64,000 nt of DNA from Owenia fusiformis (GCA_903813345.2 CAIIXF020000001.1:26226001-26290000), one strand, 5' to 3'. Counted from the stretch's first letter, positions 47,101-62,100 are shown. Numbers and translations are program-made. The notes: a model not told the origin generated them from the letters alone.

Positions 47101-50100
47101 CTACTGAACACTCTCTCAACCTCAAAGTGATAACTGAAACGACATGTCCCATTTTTGTGTTGGTCAATTATTCGTTAATAGTATCTCAAGTAATTTTTGT
47201 AAATCCATTTCTACAAATGAGAAGACAGACCAGTCTTCTTTCTCTTTCCACTCTGAAATAATCATATTGAACTTTGGATGGGCGTAAAAATGTGAAGCCT
47301 TAATCAAGTCTTCCAAAGTGGCAATGTTAAAATGGAGTTCAAGTAAAAATGCAAACATGTCTTTGAACAAAAGGGAAGGGTTACTACCTCTGATCCTTCT
47401 GATAAACACTGCCATTTAAGAAGATTTGTATCAATGGAAAGTAGAAGCAAGTGAAGCACAAAAGTTGTTACAAAAAGAGAGCTTACTTTTCAGCATTAGG
47501 ATAGAGGCTGTCTAAGTTAGTGAGGTCCATGAAGTGTGTAGCAAAGAATGTGTAGGCCTAAAACATAACAAAGAGATAAATGGATAAAGATTTCAAGTGT
47601 GAAGAAATTGATTCTGTCTTTTGAGGATACATTGAGATGGAAATCGTTGGAAGCAATCATCAATAAACATGACAAAGAGTCTCTGATCAATCAATAATAT
47701 CTGGAAAATTAGAGATATCTGATCAAATATGGACCGGAATGCAAAAATGTCCCAATTCATGAAAAATTGACAAATAACCCTAAAAACAGAGCATTTTGAC
47801 GAAATAAAGTAAGAGTTAGTGAATTTTTTCAGAAAGTAGGCATTAGAAGGAATGTTATAAACAAAAAGACTTTTTGAAATTTTTAAAAATTGTTTCACAG
47901 ATCTTGATAACTTATCTTGGGTGAGGTTATAATATACAGCAAATAGCAAAATAGATTAAGACTACAAGAATGTGAATTCATGTAAAATTGCCAAGTTCTG
48001 GAAAATCTAGATGATCTGACAAACTAAAATAGCTGTTAACACTAAACATATGATTGTGAATATGAGTTAATACAAATTGTATATTTGAAAAAATTATTGA
48101 CAGAGGATGGAACATTGGACAGAAGTGATATGATATATATTATACATACAGCTTTATCTTAGCTATTACCTTCAAACTGATGAAGTATTCACAGATGCCC
48201 CAACATATGCCTATCCCCTCCTCTGCACTGGTACCCCTGCCTAATTCATCAATGATGATAAGAGACTTGTTTGAGGCATTCTGAACAATATAGTTCATCT
48301 CACGCATCTAAAAGTATAGACTTTAAATTAAATTATGCAATACAAATGTGAATGTAGTATGGTACATTGTACTTTATTTGGAAAGAAAAAAGTTTTAATA
48401 AAAATATTAAATAACATTATCCAGTTATAACTAAAGGTATCTTACATGCTGCTTCCATGGATCTGAGCTCATGATAATTAATTCCAAAAAATCCCAAAAC
48501 GTCTAGCATGTCACCATTACCATTGGCTATTTACAGTTGTGTATTAGGGAATAGACCTGAATCCCAATATGGTGAATTGTTGTAATGTAAATGTATTTTG
48601 AAACTAGTCATGAATCTTGAATTGCTTACATATAGTGCTACAGTAAATTAAACATATTTTACTATTAAAATGATACAGTGAAAATACCTCAACTTCAAAT
48701 GTTGAAGAATTGGTCTCAATATCATCATCACTTCCAATACGAGAAAATATTTGGTCAGCAATGCGGAAAGAAGCATACTCGGCAGGTACATAGGATCCAA
48801 TCTGAGCCATAATTTGTAGCAATACAATTTGACGCAAATAGGTGGACTTTCCACTCTGGAAAAATTGTAATAATAAATTAATTGTTCATTATGTATTAAA
48901 TATTGTTTCTTTAAGATTGTAAACAAAAATTCAACTTGAGAATAACAAATATATTACTGTGTTGATGTTTTATTCATTCTTCATATATATTTTTAATTCA
49001 CAGCATTAAAAGTATATCAAAAGTTATAACAAGGCACAGATGTGAACAATATCGTACCTAAAACACAGCATTGAGGTCTTGTTGACCAAGAAAGCAAGAT
49101 GGCCGCAGAAAAGTTAATCAGCTCTAGAACTTATCACTGTGTAACATATGTAAAAATTTGAACGGTTTGGCTGGAAACCTGAAGACAAGTCTTGAAAATG
49201 AAGATTTTATGACGGAAAATCCAAAATGGCCACCTTAAAATTTACCCAGAATGCCCAAAAACCAATCAGTTCTTGACGTTGATATGTAGAAACATCCCTG
49301 AAAATTTCAGATGAATCCCTCAAATGGTTTGGCTGAAAATCTGTAGACAAGTCTTGAAAGTGAAGATTTTAGGACAGAAAATCCAAAATGGCCACCTTAA
49401 AATTTAACCAGAAACCAGAATGCCCAAAAACTAATCAGTTCTTGACGTTGAAATGTAGAAACATCCCTGAAAATTTCAGATGAATCCCTCAAAAGGTTTG
49501 GCTGGAAACCTGTAGACAAGTCTTGAAAGTAAAGATTTTAGGACGGAAAATCCCAAATGGCCACCTTAAAATTTACCCAGAATGCCCAAAAACTAATCAG
49601 TTCTTGACGTTGATATGTAGAAACATCCCTGAAAATTTCAGATGAATCCCTCAAATGGTTTGGCTGAAAACCTGTAGACAAGTCTTGAAAGTGAAGATTT
49701 TAGGACGGAAAATCCAAAATGGCCACCTTAAAATTTACCCAGAATGCCCAAAAACTAATCAGTTCTTGATGTTGATATGTAGAAACATCCCTGAAAATTT
49801 CAGATGAATCCCTCAAATGGTTTGGCTGTAAACCTGTAGACAAGTCTTGAAAGTGAAGATTTTAGGACGGAAAATCCAAAATGGCCACCTTAAGATTTAC
49901 CCAGAATGCCCAAAAACTAATCAGTTCTTGACGTTGATATGTAGAAACATCCCTGAAAATTTCAGATGAATCCCTCAAATGGTTTGGCTGGAAACCTGTA
50001 GACAAGTCTTGAAAGTGAAGATTTTAGGACGGAAAATCCAAAATGGCCACCTTTAGATTTACCCAGAATGCCAAAAAACTAATCAGTTCTTGACGTTGAT

Positions 50101-53100
50101 ATGTAGAAACATCCCTGAAAATTTCAGATGAATCCCTCAAATGGTTTGGCTGGAAACCTGTAGACAAGTCTTGAAAGTGAAGATTTTAGGACGGAAAATC
50201 CAAAATGGCCACCTTAAGATTTACCCAGAATGCCCAAAAACTAATCAGTTCTTGACGTTGATATGTAGAAACATCCCTAAAATTTCAGATGAATCCCTCA
50301 AATGGTTTGGCTGGAAACCTGTAGACAAGTCTTGAAAGTGAAGATTTTAGGGACGGAAAATCCAAAATGGCCACCTTAAGATTTACCCAGAATGCCCAAA
50401 AATCAGTTCTTGACGTTGATATGTAGAAACATCCCTGAAAATTTCAGATGAATCCCTAAAATGGTTTGGCTGGAAACCTGTAGACAAGCTGAAAAGTGAG
50501 ACGCCACCCGCCCGCCCGTCAAGCTGACTACAATATCGTACCTTTTGTTAGGTACTATAAAAATATATGTAAGATGATGATGATATGGTGCACTTGGTTA
50601 AAAGGAAAGCTACTTATCTGATATCTATCAATTAACAAATATTTGGGATAATATGACTCAATTTAGAAATTGAAGATTACCATGTTAGGTCCAGTAATGA
50701 CCAAGAAGTTGCTGTCTTCAGAAGCATACTGTAACAAGACACAGTACTACATGTGATCAGGGAGGGTACGTTTATATCTTAATAATCTCATTTAGGATTT
50801 TCTATGGGAAATATCAGTATTATAGCTGGTTTAGTATTTGGTACTAGAGAATATTTACTATAGACTCACTGCATTATTTGACATTGAAGAATATTTACTA
50901 TTTAAGTAATTAATTTACTGTATTCTTTGGCCCTGATCAACTCACTGTATTATTTGGCACTGGGGAGTCTATAGTTATCTGGTCCAAAATTGGGTGTCTA
51001 CCCTGCTTGATGGCAAGAGTATCTGTGAATTCTGGGCGACCTAAAAATGAAAAAAATGAACTTGTGAACATGCACACTAAAATATTATATCGTTCTCCCA
51101 AATTATAGTGCAAGAAAAAGTTATATACATTGGCTCTATAGAATATCATGATGTAGTGTGCAAAATATGTATGTATTAAATGAATCTGTGGAACTTACAG
51201 TAATTGGCCACTGTACAAGCATGGGCGAAAGACACCAGCATGTCTAACATTGCTACACACTCTGTAAGCTTGTAGAGGCATCCTATGTGCTCTCTTATAT
51301 CTACCAACAGTCCTGAGACTACCCTGAAATGTAGAGAAAGACAACTGTTAGTATTTTAAAAACATTTATTTACATTACAGAGACAAACCCTTTCCAATAG
51401 TTTCATATCATTTCTTCAAATGTTGCTCTTTGTTCAGTGAGTTCAATAGATGCAAAATACAAGTACTATTCAATGATCAAGTGTACAATTAGCCTCACTC
51501 AGTGGAAAAGTTTTCAATATGGCTATGGGTCTCTCACATTTTCCAAAGTCTTAGTAGATGAAGTGTAGTCCATATACATACAATAAATTGTGTGTAAGTG
51601 GAACACCTTTCATACCTCTAAAGGTGTTCCAAATTACAGGTTATAGTGTATTTAACATTACCCTCCTTTGACCATAGTAAATACTGCAATACTGCATTGG
51701 CCAGTTGTTACATGTGGAATCAAGTTTATTGTTCTCGATTACTCTATTACTATGTTGTCAATTGTCATACTATCTTTACTTTCAATGATAGATCAAGGAT
51801 ATGTGATATTATAGTACAATGGTGCATGAATTTGCTTATATTTAAATAAAACTTACACATTTGTCATGAGGTATATCTCTTGCAGGGATTCCTTGATACG
51901 TTCTGCAAAGAACAATATTCTTATAGCATAAGCACCAAAGTGATCAGGTCATTGAATAAGCATCTATTAAGAACATTAATTTGGTTTGGTTGAAACCCAC
52001 GAAACTTGAAATAGATGTCAGTTGAATTAAACAGAAAAACACAAAACAAGAAAAAGTCAAAATGTGGCCTCACCATTGTACTTGATCTGCAAATAAAGAT
52101 GATATTTCATTTTATTTTGCTTGCTATTTTAGAGAATATTAGCTTCAATAAGACACTGATAGATACTGACTCTACTTGATGCCAGGTCTCTTTGGTAGCC
52201 AAGAATGTACCAGTTACATCATACATATTAAGAAAAGTTTTGAATCAAAAAACATTTTTTGTTGAACCAATATTAATGAACTCAGCCTCTTCCACAGAAT
52301 GGCATGTCAAGGCCGAAACAATTATTTAAAAACATGATAGCTTAATATGAAAGTAATAGCTTTGTACATTCATGCACACATGCAGGAGTGGAAAAATATG
52401 TAAATTATAGAGATTAACATGCAAAGGTTCACTACCTGCCATTTGTTACAGATGCCAATCACTGAATACCAAACACCAAATGCCCAAGCACCATTCACAA
52501 AAAGCTGGAGACTATAACAATACACATATATCACCACTTCTGGTGGTGGTGATCATAAAAAGGACTTGAAATATTGATGGACCCAGTCCACCTTAAAAGC
52601 ATAATATGAAAAACTAGTTCTTACCATATCAGCGGTGGTACATCCTATAGTGTTCTTGAATTTAGTGACTTTGACAAATATTCCTGGTAAACTATCAACA
52701 GAGATAGTCTGTTTCCCTCCACAGTAGAGCTGTATGAAGAACCCTCTTGTAGAGTTATAGGCAGTTTTCAAGGGAAGGTTATGGTCAGCAGACAGTTGCC
52801 CTGTGAGCTCTGAAACACATTCCAAAACCATTGGGATATCCAAAATAGGAATTGGAAAATGCAATCTTTTAGGGGGGTGTTCACTAATGAAATACCCATT
52901 CCCTGAACAGATAGACTAAACATTAAGTTAAGTATCAAAATTACATGTATGAGATTTGATAAAGTTACATGGGCGTAGCCAGCCCCAAAAAAGAAAAAAA
53001 AATTTGTGTTGAAAAAAAAACATTAACAAATTATAGTTTGAAATGCTTAGAAAGCAACATATAGGCTACAATGTAAATTTTAAAAAAATTCTTGGGGTGA

Positions 53101-56100
53101 ACCCCAGTACCCCCTTTTTGGGGTTCACTTCGCTCACAGTAAGGCAATCCCCAAAAATCGGACGCCTTTTGACAATTGCTGGATATGCCCCTGATATATA
53201 TGAAAGATCTATGAATTCTATATACTGTATAGACATCTATTACCCTTCTAAGAAATGGTATAATGGTTCTAAAGAAACATGTCCATATGACTTCTAGATA
53301 TAATACATGATTTCTATCATAAGCCAACTACACAGTATTGTTCCTACCAGCGATGTCATTCACTATCTCAGTGTATGTTCTTCTAGCTACATCCAACAGG
53401 CCATTGATCTTTGGCTGAAAAATATATACAAAATACATTAGTAAAGATTCCTCATTTTGAATGTCTGGGAAGAATAGACTAGATGCGAGTAGAAATAATC
53501 TTGATTTACGTCATTAAATATTCAAAATACAGTCAAAGTGATGTCATATTTGAAATCTACATGTAAAAGTACATCTAGAAATATGGTTCCGAAAATTGTT
53601 TACCAACTTTGAAAATTTAATTTATTTTGAAAATGTGATTTCTAGTTCGGGTTGAATCCCCATAGACCCCATGTTACAAAGTCACAAAAAGTGAAATATC
53701 TTTTCTTGTAATCGACAAATAACATTTTCCTTTACTGGACATTTTTTAATTTGCATAACTATTAAATACATAAGGGTTATATAAAAAGTGAACCACTAAA
53801 ACAGAATTTAAGTTAAAGGGAACTTTCTCCTATACCCGCCATGCTATCTGACCCGAACGAGTCACCTGGTGGTGAATCTGGTAACTACCTACTCGCATCT
53901 GCGTTATTGGAGGCATATGACTTCATGAATTGTGGGTGAAATAATGCACTTGTTTTTATATATACGAGGACCTGGTAGTCTCAGTTAAAAGCTTCGAATA
54001 AAAAGATTTAATCAAGGCTGCTCACACAAATTTTCACAACAAATGCCAAATGCGGAAACTAGTCACAAAAATTGATGACTAAGACAAGATGACACCATTT
54101 CTTGGTGGTGAACCTAAACAGAACTTACCTTCACAGCAAAGCATTTCTGTGTTCTCATATTCAAGTTGCCTTTCTGGTACCTTGTATCATCTTGTATAAT
54201 TGTGTGAATCTTTTCTATGATGATATCAAACCTAGGGTCTTGTAGAGTCTGGAGATATAAATATAAACACAATGAAGATGGTTCAGAAAGAATCATAAAC
54301 AAGGCATTAACATTCTAAATGTCACCACCTCCTGTTTCTTACAGATGGCGAATGTCAAGCACCAATCATCGAACGCCATCCACATAAAAATTGGAGGATA
54401 TAACAATATGTCACCACTTCTGGTGTTGTCATAACTAGACAACAGCAACTCTGCGAAGAAGCAAATTTTAATTCAATGAAAGTTTCAAGATAGGGAAAGC
54501 AGTGTGTATGGTTATTAGTACAGACCATAGGGGGCTCTTATCCAACTACTGTCTGTCTATCAAAATTACATACATCAAATCATGTAAGAGTGCTTATTTT
54601 TCCATCACTTAATAATTAACCTAATTATATGTAATTTGAAATGATTTATTATCACGTAGCAACAGATTGGGTTTAGCATGTGTATTTTTGATGAACATAC
54701 AGTGTGAGCCAAAAAAGGGTAACCCAAACAAAGCTTAATAACTCAGTCATCCAGTATGGGTTTTAAAGTGCCCGATAAACTATAAAATGCGCATGCGTCC
54801 AGGTGTTGATAAACTATAAATAGCGAAAATCCAGGGTTTGTCACCACAAGGTAAGCCAGGACGTGTTGAGAGAACAGCTAGTGTTGATATTGAATTTATA
54901 TGTAGCCAGATAAGTTTCCTTATTGAAATTACATATGGTTATTAGCAATACTTTGTAGGTGCTAAATAATAAAATATTTAGAGTATATATGCGAGAAATT
55001 GGTCATTTCAAACCTGTTGAAAAGTTTGTGGCTCTCGGCTACACCGGAGAATTTACTTCCATGAGTACACACATAAATGTGGGGTTCCCCAAGAGGTACG
55101 CGACGAGGTGACCTGGCATCAAATGTGCGACTAAATGCTACTATCGAGAAGATAAAATAACGAATACGACAATAAGTTATTGCATGTGACAATTCCGAGC
55201 CTTCATCTCACTGAAGTATTTTGAAGTGAAAATAGGATTTTTGTTTTGATACATGGATTCAGATGAACGTAACTTTATTCTGACAACTAATCAAAACTGA
55301 ACAAAATTGATTGTACGTAACAGACAATTTATTGTTTTACAATGTTTTGATTGGCTAAACGAATGAAACCAACAAATTATGACATGTAAAATGACAATTT
55401 TGAAATGAAAAATTTAAAAGTGACAAACACAACCTCCCTATCCACTCTTTGGGAGCCCTAGTAAATTAGTAATATGTACATGCAGCAGTGGTAGTGTACA
55501 GCTTATTACCACACTACGCTTTGTATTCTAAAGCCTGTTATTTGTTATAACACTGTTCACTCAACGTATGTTTTGTGTGTGGGCAGTCAACGATAATCAT
55601 TGTTTTATCCCGGTTATATGACCTCGGCAATTATAACAAAACCGTACTAAACGAAAAAAACGCAAATAAGAGAAAGCTTTCACACACATATAAAAAATGA
55701 ACTAGTCTAATCCGCCAGTATAAACTCTGTGCTATACGTAGAGGGTCAGGCGCACACTTTAAGTTATATTTAGCGCAATTTAACCTTGCTCAATGTTCTT
55801 ACGTTCTAGTAAGTTTCAGCAGTCTATGTCCAAGTCATGATTTTATGGCCATTTTACAAAATATGCTCCAAATGCCAAAACATACCAAAATCAAGCCAAT
55901 ATGAAACACTGGAATTTTATCTTTTTGGCTATTTCAAAAATAATGTACATGTTACAAACCAAGACACATCTGAGAGTTGAAACAAGATATAAGAAGGCAT
56001 AATGAGAGCCATTACACAAGATATCAGTGAGCGTGTAATCAGAAAACTTCACCTGATGCATTCAAGTTTGCCTCCAAAACAAGACTGGCATTTTGAGCAT

Positions 56101-59100
56101 GTTTTGTAAAATGGTCATAAAATTGTGACCACTTGGAATAGAACAATGAAACTTGGGTGAATGAAAGACAAAGTTCAGTTGTCCAAATATGACTTAAACC
56201 AATACTGGATGACTGATTTGTTAAGCTTTGATTGGGTTACCCTGTATTGAAGATAATCCTTATTCATTCCATGTTTTATTGTCTACGAAGATTTGATATT
56301 CAATTATCTTTGATTTATACATTTACGTAGATAATAATATCTTGTTACATTTGTAAATTTTAGGAACTGATTTTGAGTCATGAAAAACATCTTTCTTGGT
56401 TTTAGTTAGAAATGGTATTTAAAGATGTCTCATACTCAGTAAATTCAGTTTTAATCTTTTTTATGTATGAAGTTTGTTTCCAACAGAGCAGGTTTATTTT
56501 ACATTAGGATTTTGTCTCTTTGGAGTTGTTTTTTTCCGCATACATATTTATTTATTAATCTTTTATTATATTGTCAAGGATTGAGCCATCAAAACAGTTT
56601 AAGATCTTTATTGTGCCAAGATTCTGTGTTAATCCAAAAATAGAGTAGAACCTGTTTACAGTGAACACCTATGGAGAAACCGTAGGTAGGTGTTCACTAC
56701 AGAGAGGCAATTTTATACAAAGTCAGTGGAGTATGTGCTGAGGAGGGGTGTTCACTAGACACAGGTGTTCACTAGAGAGAGGTGTTCAGTATGACAGGTT
56801 TCATTGTATATCTAAGTCCAGAGGCCTTGCTAATTAAATCATGGCCACCCGTTTAGATCATTGTTTACTAGAATCTTGTAAGGACATGAAATTACAAGAA
56901 GTGGAGAAGTATAAAACCGAGCTTTTTCTAGAAGTAATATCACATGATTGGAGCAAATACATAATAGATGTTATAGGATGGAGATTGATTAATATCAATT
57001 TGCAAATTAAATCCTATCATTATAAACATATTATACATTATCTGGAAAATCAATCTACATTGTATTATTCATTGACTTGGTACATTTTGAAGCATTTAAA
57101 GGAAGCTATAGTCAATGTTGAAATATAATTTTTGTGAAAATTGTAGGCTACAATTGACTGGGGTAATACAAAATCAGCATGTTTTAAACAAAACTATGAT
57201 ATATTATGCTCAAAGTCTCTTGACAGATCAAAATGTTTATTTCAAATAATCAAATCTTTCAAGATGAAACCCAAATAGGTACCATTGCTTTGCCTGCAAG
57301 AAACGTAAATGTATGTCAAGTGTTTAGGACAGAGAACTGAAACTGAAATTATCCCCAAGGTTATTCCATATGTGAATGAAAATGATAATTTAGGGGGACA
57401 CGATAGTTGGTTTAAAATCCCTAGAGACTTGAGTGATGTTGGATAAAGCATAATTAATGAGAAACAATCTATTGATGTCACATACTTTATTTTCATTAGT
57501 TTAATAGAATAAGTTTGATAACAATAATGCTATTAATGTAAAATGTTATTAAATGCATGCACTTTAGTATTACAGTGTATAGTTGGGTGAGGTGGAGTAA
57601 CACCAGAGTAAAAATCATGTAAAGGTTGGCAATGTGAGTTGAGAATGAGTTTAAATAGTTTGAATTGAGATGATCAACATTAATGTGCAAGCATAATGCA
57701 ATCAAATGAAGGAAAAAACAATGATGATCAAGGGACAATATCTCACTACATGAGCCTAATAACTACACATGGTTGCCAACAGATATATCAATCACGGTCC
57801 AAGATCGTCAAAATATGTTGGACAATTTTCCTTCTCGCGAGTGTTTGTGTCGCAACTTATTTTGTATTTGTGGCTATCAATAAGTACTACAAATACAGAA
57901 CACACGAGGATACTTCCTTGAAGGACACCTATGTTGACTTTCCAGCTGTAACTGTGTGCAGACTGGATGATGATGGTTTAAGTAGACTTAGAAGCCACCA
58001 TGCACCTGACAAGGGTGATGCTGAACTTATGATACAAGATGTGAATGTTTTAAAGAAAATTATTGATAGCCTTAAGGATCTTGATCTATTCCCACTTCTC
58101 AGTAAAAATGTACAAAGATTACTGGATCCCCAAACTGTTCTACAAGCATTCCCTGCAATCGCAGAGTATTTGACTTATGATTATGAGCGCTTTATTGTGT
58201 CATGTCAGTTCAAAGACCAGGATTGTAATAAAACACACTTTGTGGAAAAAATGAATGGTAAATATTTCAATTGTTTCACGTTCAACCATTCTGGAATTAT
58301 CAAGAAAGAAGGCCCAACATCAGGTCTTTCCTTGGTATTTTACTTGGACACACTTCAAGAAAATGAACTTATAGACATCTCATTGGAAGATTCAGCCATG
58401 AGGTTTACCGATTCTGGAATTAAAGTGGCAATACATGAACCAAATACAATTCCAGACATGATAAATGATGGATTTATTGTTGCCCTTGGTCATTCTACAA
58501 ATATTGCCGTGAAGCAGTCCGTATTTGAGAAGATGGAGTCTCCCTGGGGAGAATGTGATAAGTCGAGAGTGAAGATAACTGACATTGCCAATGAAGACAC
58601 AGATGTTGTATACAACCAGAAAACATGTATGAAGATCTGCCAGCAGAGATACATTCAAGGAAAATGTGGATGTCTTAACATAATGCTCCCAGTCCCAAAT
58701 GATTTGAAAAATGAGAAATACTGTTTTTATATTGACCAAGATAATATCCTTCAAAATCCTAACTGGACACATCTTTTTCTGGAGGAACTGAAACATGTGG
58801 ATTGTGAAAATAAGCACCTTTTGGATCTACCAGACTCCTATGTTGGCCAGTATAAATGTGACTGTCCCCTGTCTTGCAGTTACAAAACATATGATTCTCT
58901 AATTTCACAGGCGAATTGGCCACCCCAGAATGGAGTTCGGAGATTTATCAAAAAGTACATTAATGAGCATCCTACATTGTTAAATGGCACAGACATTTAT
59001 AAAACATATGAAGAGAATGATACATCTGGTGATTTGTACAACATGGTCCAGAGCAACTTTCTAAGGTTGAATGTGTATCATAGATCCTTAACTGTTCAGA

Positions 59101-62100
59101 CCACAACCGAAGTGGCAGCATATACACTTCAAGATTTAGTGTCTGAGATTGGTGGTATTATTGGTATATGTGTTGGTATGTCTTTTCTCAGTATATTAGA
59201 ACTTTTCCAATTAATTGCAATTGTAGTTAACATCTATAGGAAGAAGGCCAGAGGCTCGAGAAGCACTAACTGAACTAAACTAGAAAACATCAAGTACATG
59301 GAGAAGAAGGTATCATCGAACAAACATATCTTAATACTAGTAATACCTTGTCGATTGACTCTTGAGCAGAGTCCTATACATTGTATGTCCCTTGAGCATC
59401 AGTATTTAAAATCTGAACCAAATCTGTCAACTGGTATTTGAGTTATTTTTAATGAAAAATGGTGACCTTTTGAAATGAGTGACCATATTTAAAATGCCTT
59501 CTTAATTAGAGGTCCTTTGCCCATAAGGTATTAGTAAATGAAGTTCAGCATATTATAAAATTTGAACTAAATCCGTTCACTGATATTTCAGATATGAAAG
59601 ATTACATTTTTTTAATGAAAAATGACAGCCATTTTGAAATTCAATTGCCATATTGAAAATTTCTTCTTGAGCAGAGCTCCTTTGTCTCATAAAATTTGAA
59701 CAAGATCTCTCCATGCCTATACATTGTATACAAGCATGCTTTGGTTTTTTATCAACTTACATTATAATAAGCCCTCAACAATGGAGTAGTGGAATCCTTC
59801 AATGCATTCTGCAGAGGTGCTAGTAGCTCTAATGTGTGTTTTAGGTAAATAACATTTGTGATTTTGCTCTCGGCACTTTTAAGTGTCTCCTGTTTTGGAA
59901 TCTGTACACAAAGTGATAGGAGATAATCAATGTCAACGAATCGACTAACAACGCCTCGTAGATTGTAAAAAAGTTCTTCATTTTCCGTTAGCTCTGACAC
60001 TGTGTCTAGTCTCAAATTAATAGTTTCCAAGGCTGAAAGATAAACATTTGCAGAGTGTACATAAATGTGATCTATCTTATCATTACAATTTTGAAGTTCA
60101 TTTATGCCCATGGGCTGTTAGATATCGTTTTAGTAACACCAGAATTTTCAAAAAATTTATACTACAAAATACAATTTTGAGTAGATCTTTTGATGCATAT
60201 CGTTTTGTACTGATAAATAAGTAGCGATGAAGATGTCATCCCTGTATCCAAAATTTATGTCACAAATTAAAATTGTACGAGATTTTAAGGCAAATGATTC
60301 AATGTTGATATATTTATCCATTCTTAACATACATGAAGGAGGTTGTAGTATAGTTGCTCTGAGAAGTCTATTCCCACCCACAGTCTTTGTATGATTCAGT
60401 ACACCAAACAGACTGTGTTCACTCTTGGGATCCCTGAGATTCTGTAGCAGCTCAAGGTTATTCACTGTGGCAGCATCTGGAGATATAAGTTGGTATAAGT
60501 TTATGAAATACCCATTATAGAAACATGACTTCATCTATCAAATTTTGATTATTTTTATTATCATATCTTTTTGAGAAATATATGCCACCCTCCAAATGTC
60601 TATTCACGTGCATGATAGTCCGCATCATAAATATAACAAGGCATTAACATGCAAAATGTCACCACCTGCCATTTGTTACAGACACCTACTGCCAAACGTT
60701 GTTACAGACACCGAAGTTACACCAACCACAAAAAAGTTGGGGACTATAACAATATCACCACACGCCATCCTGTTAAAGTCACAAAAGAATCCCTAAGGTA
60801 CCCACAGATTAGGATGTGCCAACACAGATCATATATGCCTATACATATCATGAAGTTTTTTTCATCTACTGACATAAATAAATATAAAAGATCATAATGT
60901 GTCTATCCAGATCGACGTGTGCCTACAATTATCATGATGAGCTTACACAGATCAAATGTGCCTACACAAATAGTAATGATATTTTTACATAGATCATGAT
61001 GTGCCAGCATAGATCATGATGAGCTTACACAGATCAAATGTGCCTACACAAATAGTAATGATATTTTTACATAGATCATGATGTGCCAGCATAGATCATG
61101 ATGAGCTTACACAGATCAAATGTGCCTACACAAATAGTAATGATATTTTTACATAGATCATGATGTGCCAGCATAGATCATGATGAGCTTACACAGATCA
61201 AATGTACCTACACAAATAGTAATGATATTTTTACATAGATCATGATGTGCCAGCATAGATCATGATGAGCTTACACAGATCAAAATGTCCCTTCATAGAT
61301 CATGCTGTGCCTACACAGATCAAAACATGCCTACACAGATCATGATGTATCTCCACAATTTAAGGTATACCTACTCAGATCACAATGTGCCTACCTATCA
61401 TAGTTGTATGCTCACTACCCTTGAATACCACTTTTAATGAGGCAGGGGCGTAGACAGTGTTCTGTATGAACTCTACATATTTCAGGAGAGCAGCTGTTGT
61501 TGCCAAGCAGTAGTACCTGCAAAATGTAAATGAAAAATAATCAAAAGGGGGAAATTTAAAGAGTAAGTACATAAATGTATGTGATATTGTTATTGTACAT
61601 GTACATCTGAATAAAAATCAAGTGATAAATGAAATGACTAACCCTGTAAACTGAATGTATACTGGCGATGTACATAAAATATGTGTTTCACTAATAATAA
61701 AGGAAATATGAACTGCCGGACCAATGTATTCAACTGAACTAAGGGAGATTATTGACATCTTCATTTTCACAGGGCCCCCACAATTTGACTGTTTTAATGA
61801 CCAGTTCATCAAAAAAAAAAATTTCATAATTAAATACATGACAAAATGTATGTAAATCAAAAAAGGTAAGTAAAATGTTTGACTAGGAAGTTTTGGGATG
61901 ACCTCCCACTCAACAGACAATTAACTGTAAGGTCCTTACTTTGATGCAACCTCCATTTCTACAGTGTTATACTCAGGAACACATAGCTGTTTGATGTACT
62001 GCAGCCCTATATCAAGTTAATAATCATAAAATATATTCACATGTATATATAAACAATACAAAATTATGGTACAATTGTCAAACATTTTATGGATTTGGGT

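Noticed and set aside
58392-58817. 141-aa minus-strand ORF (and 26021-26578 minus-strand ORFs)
   Set aside because: These are antisense shadows of real coding exons, with no motifs of their own.
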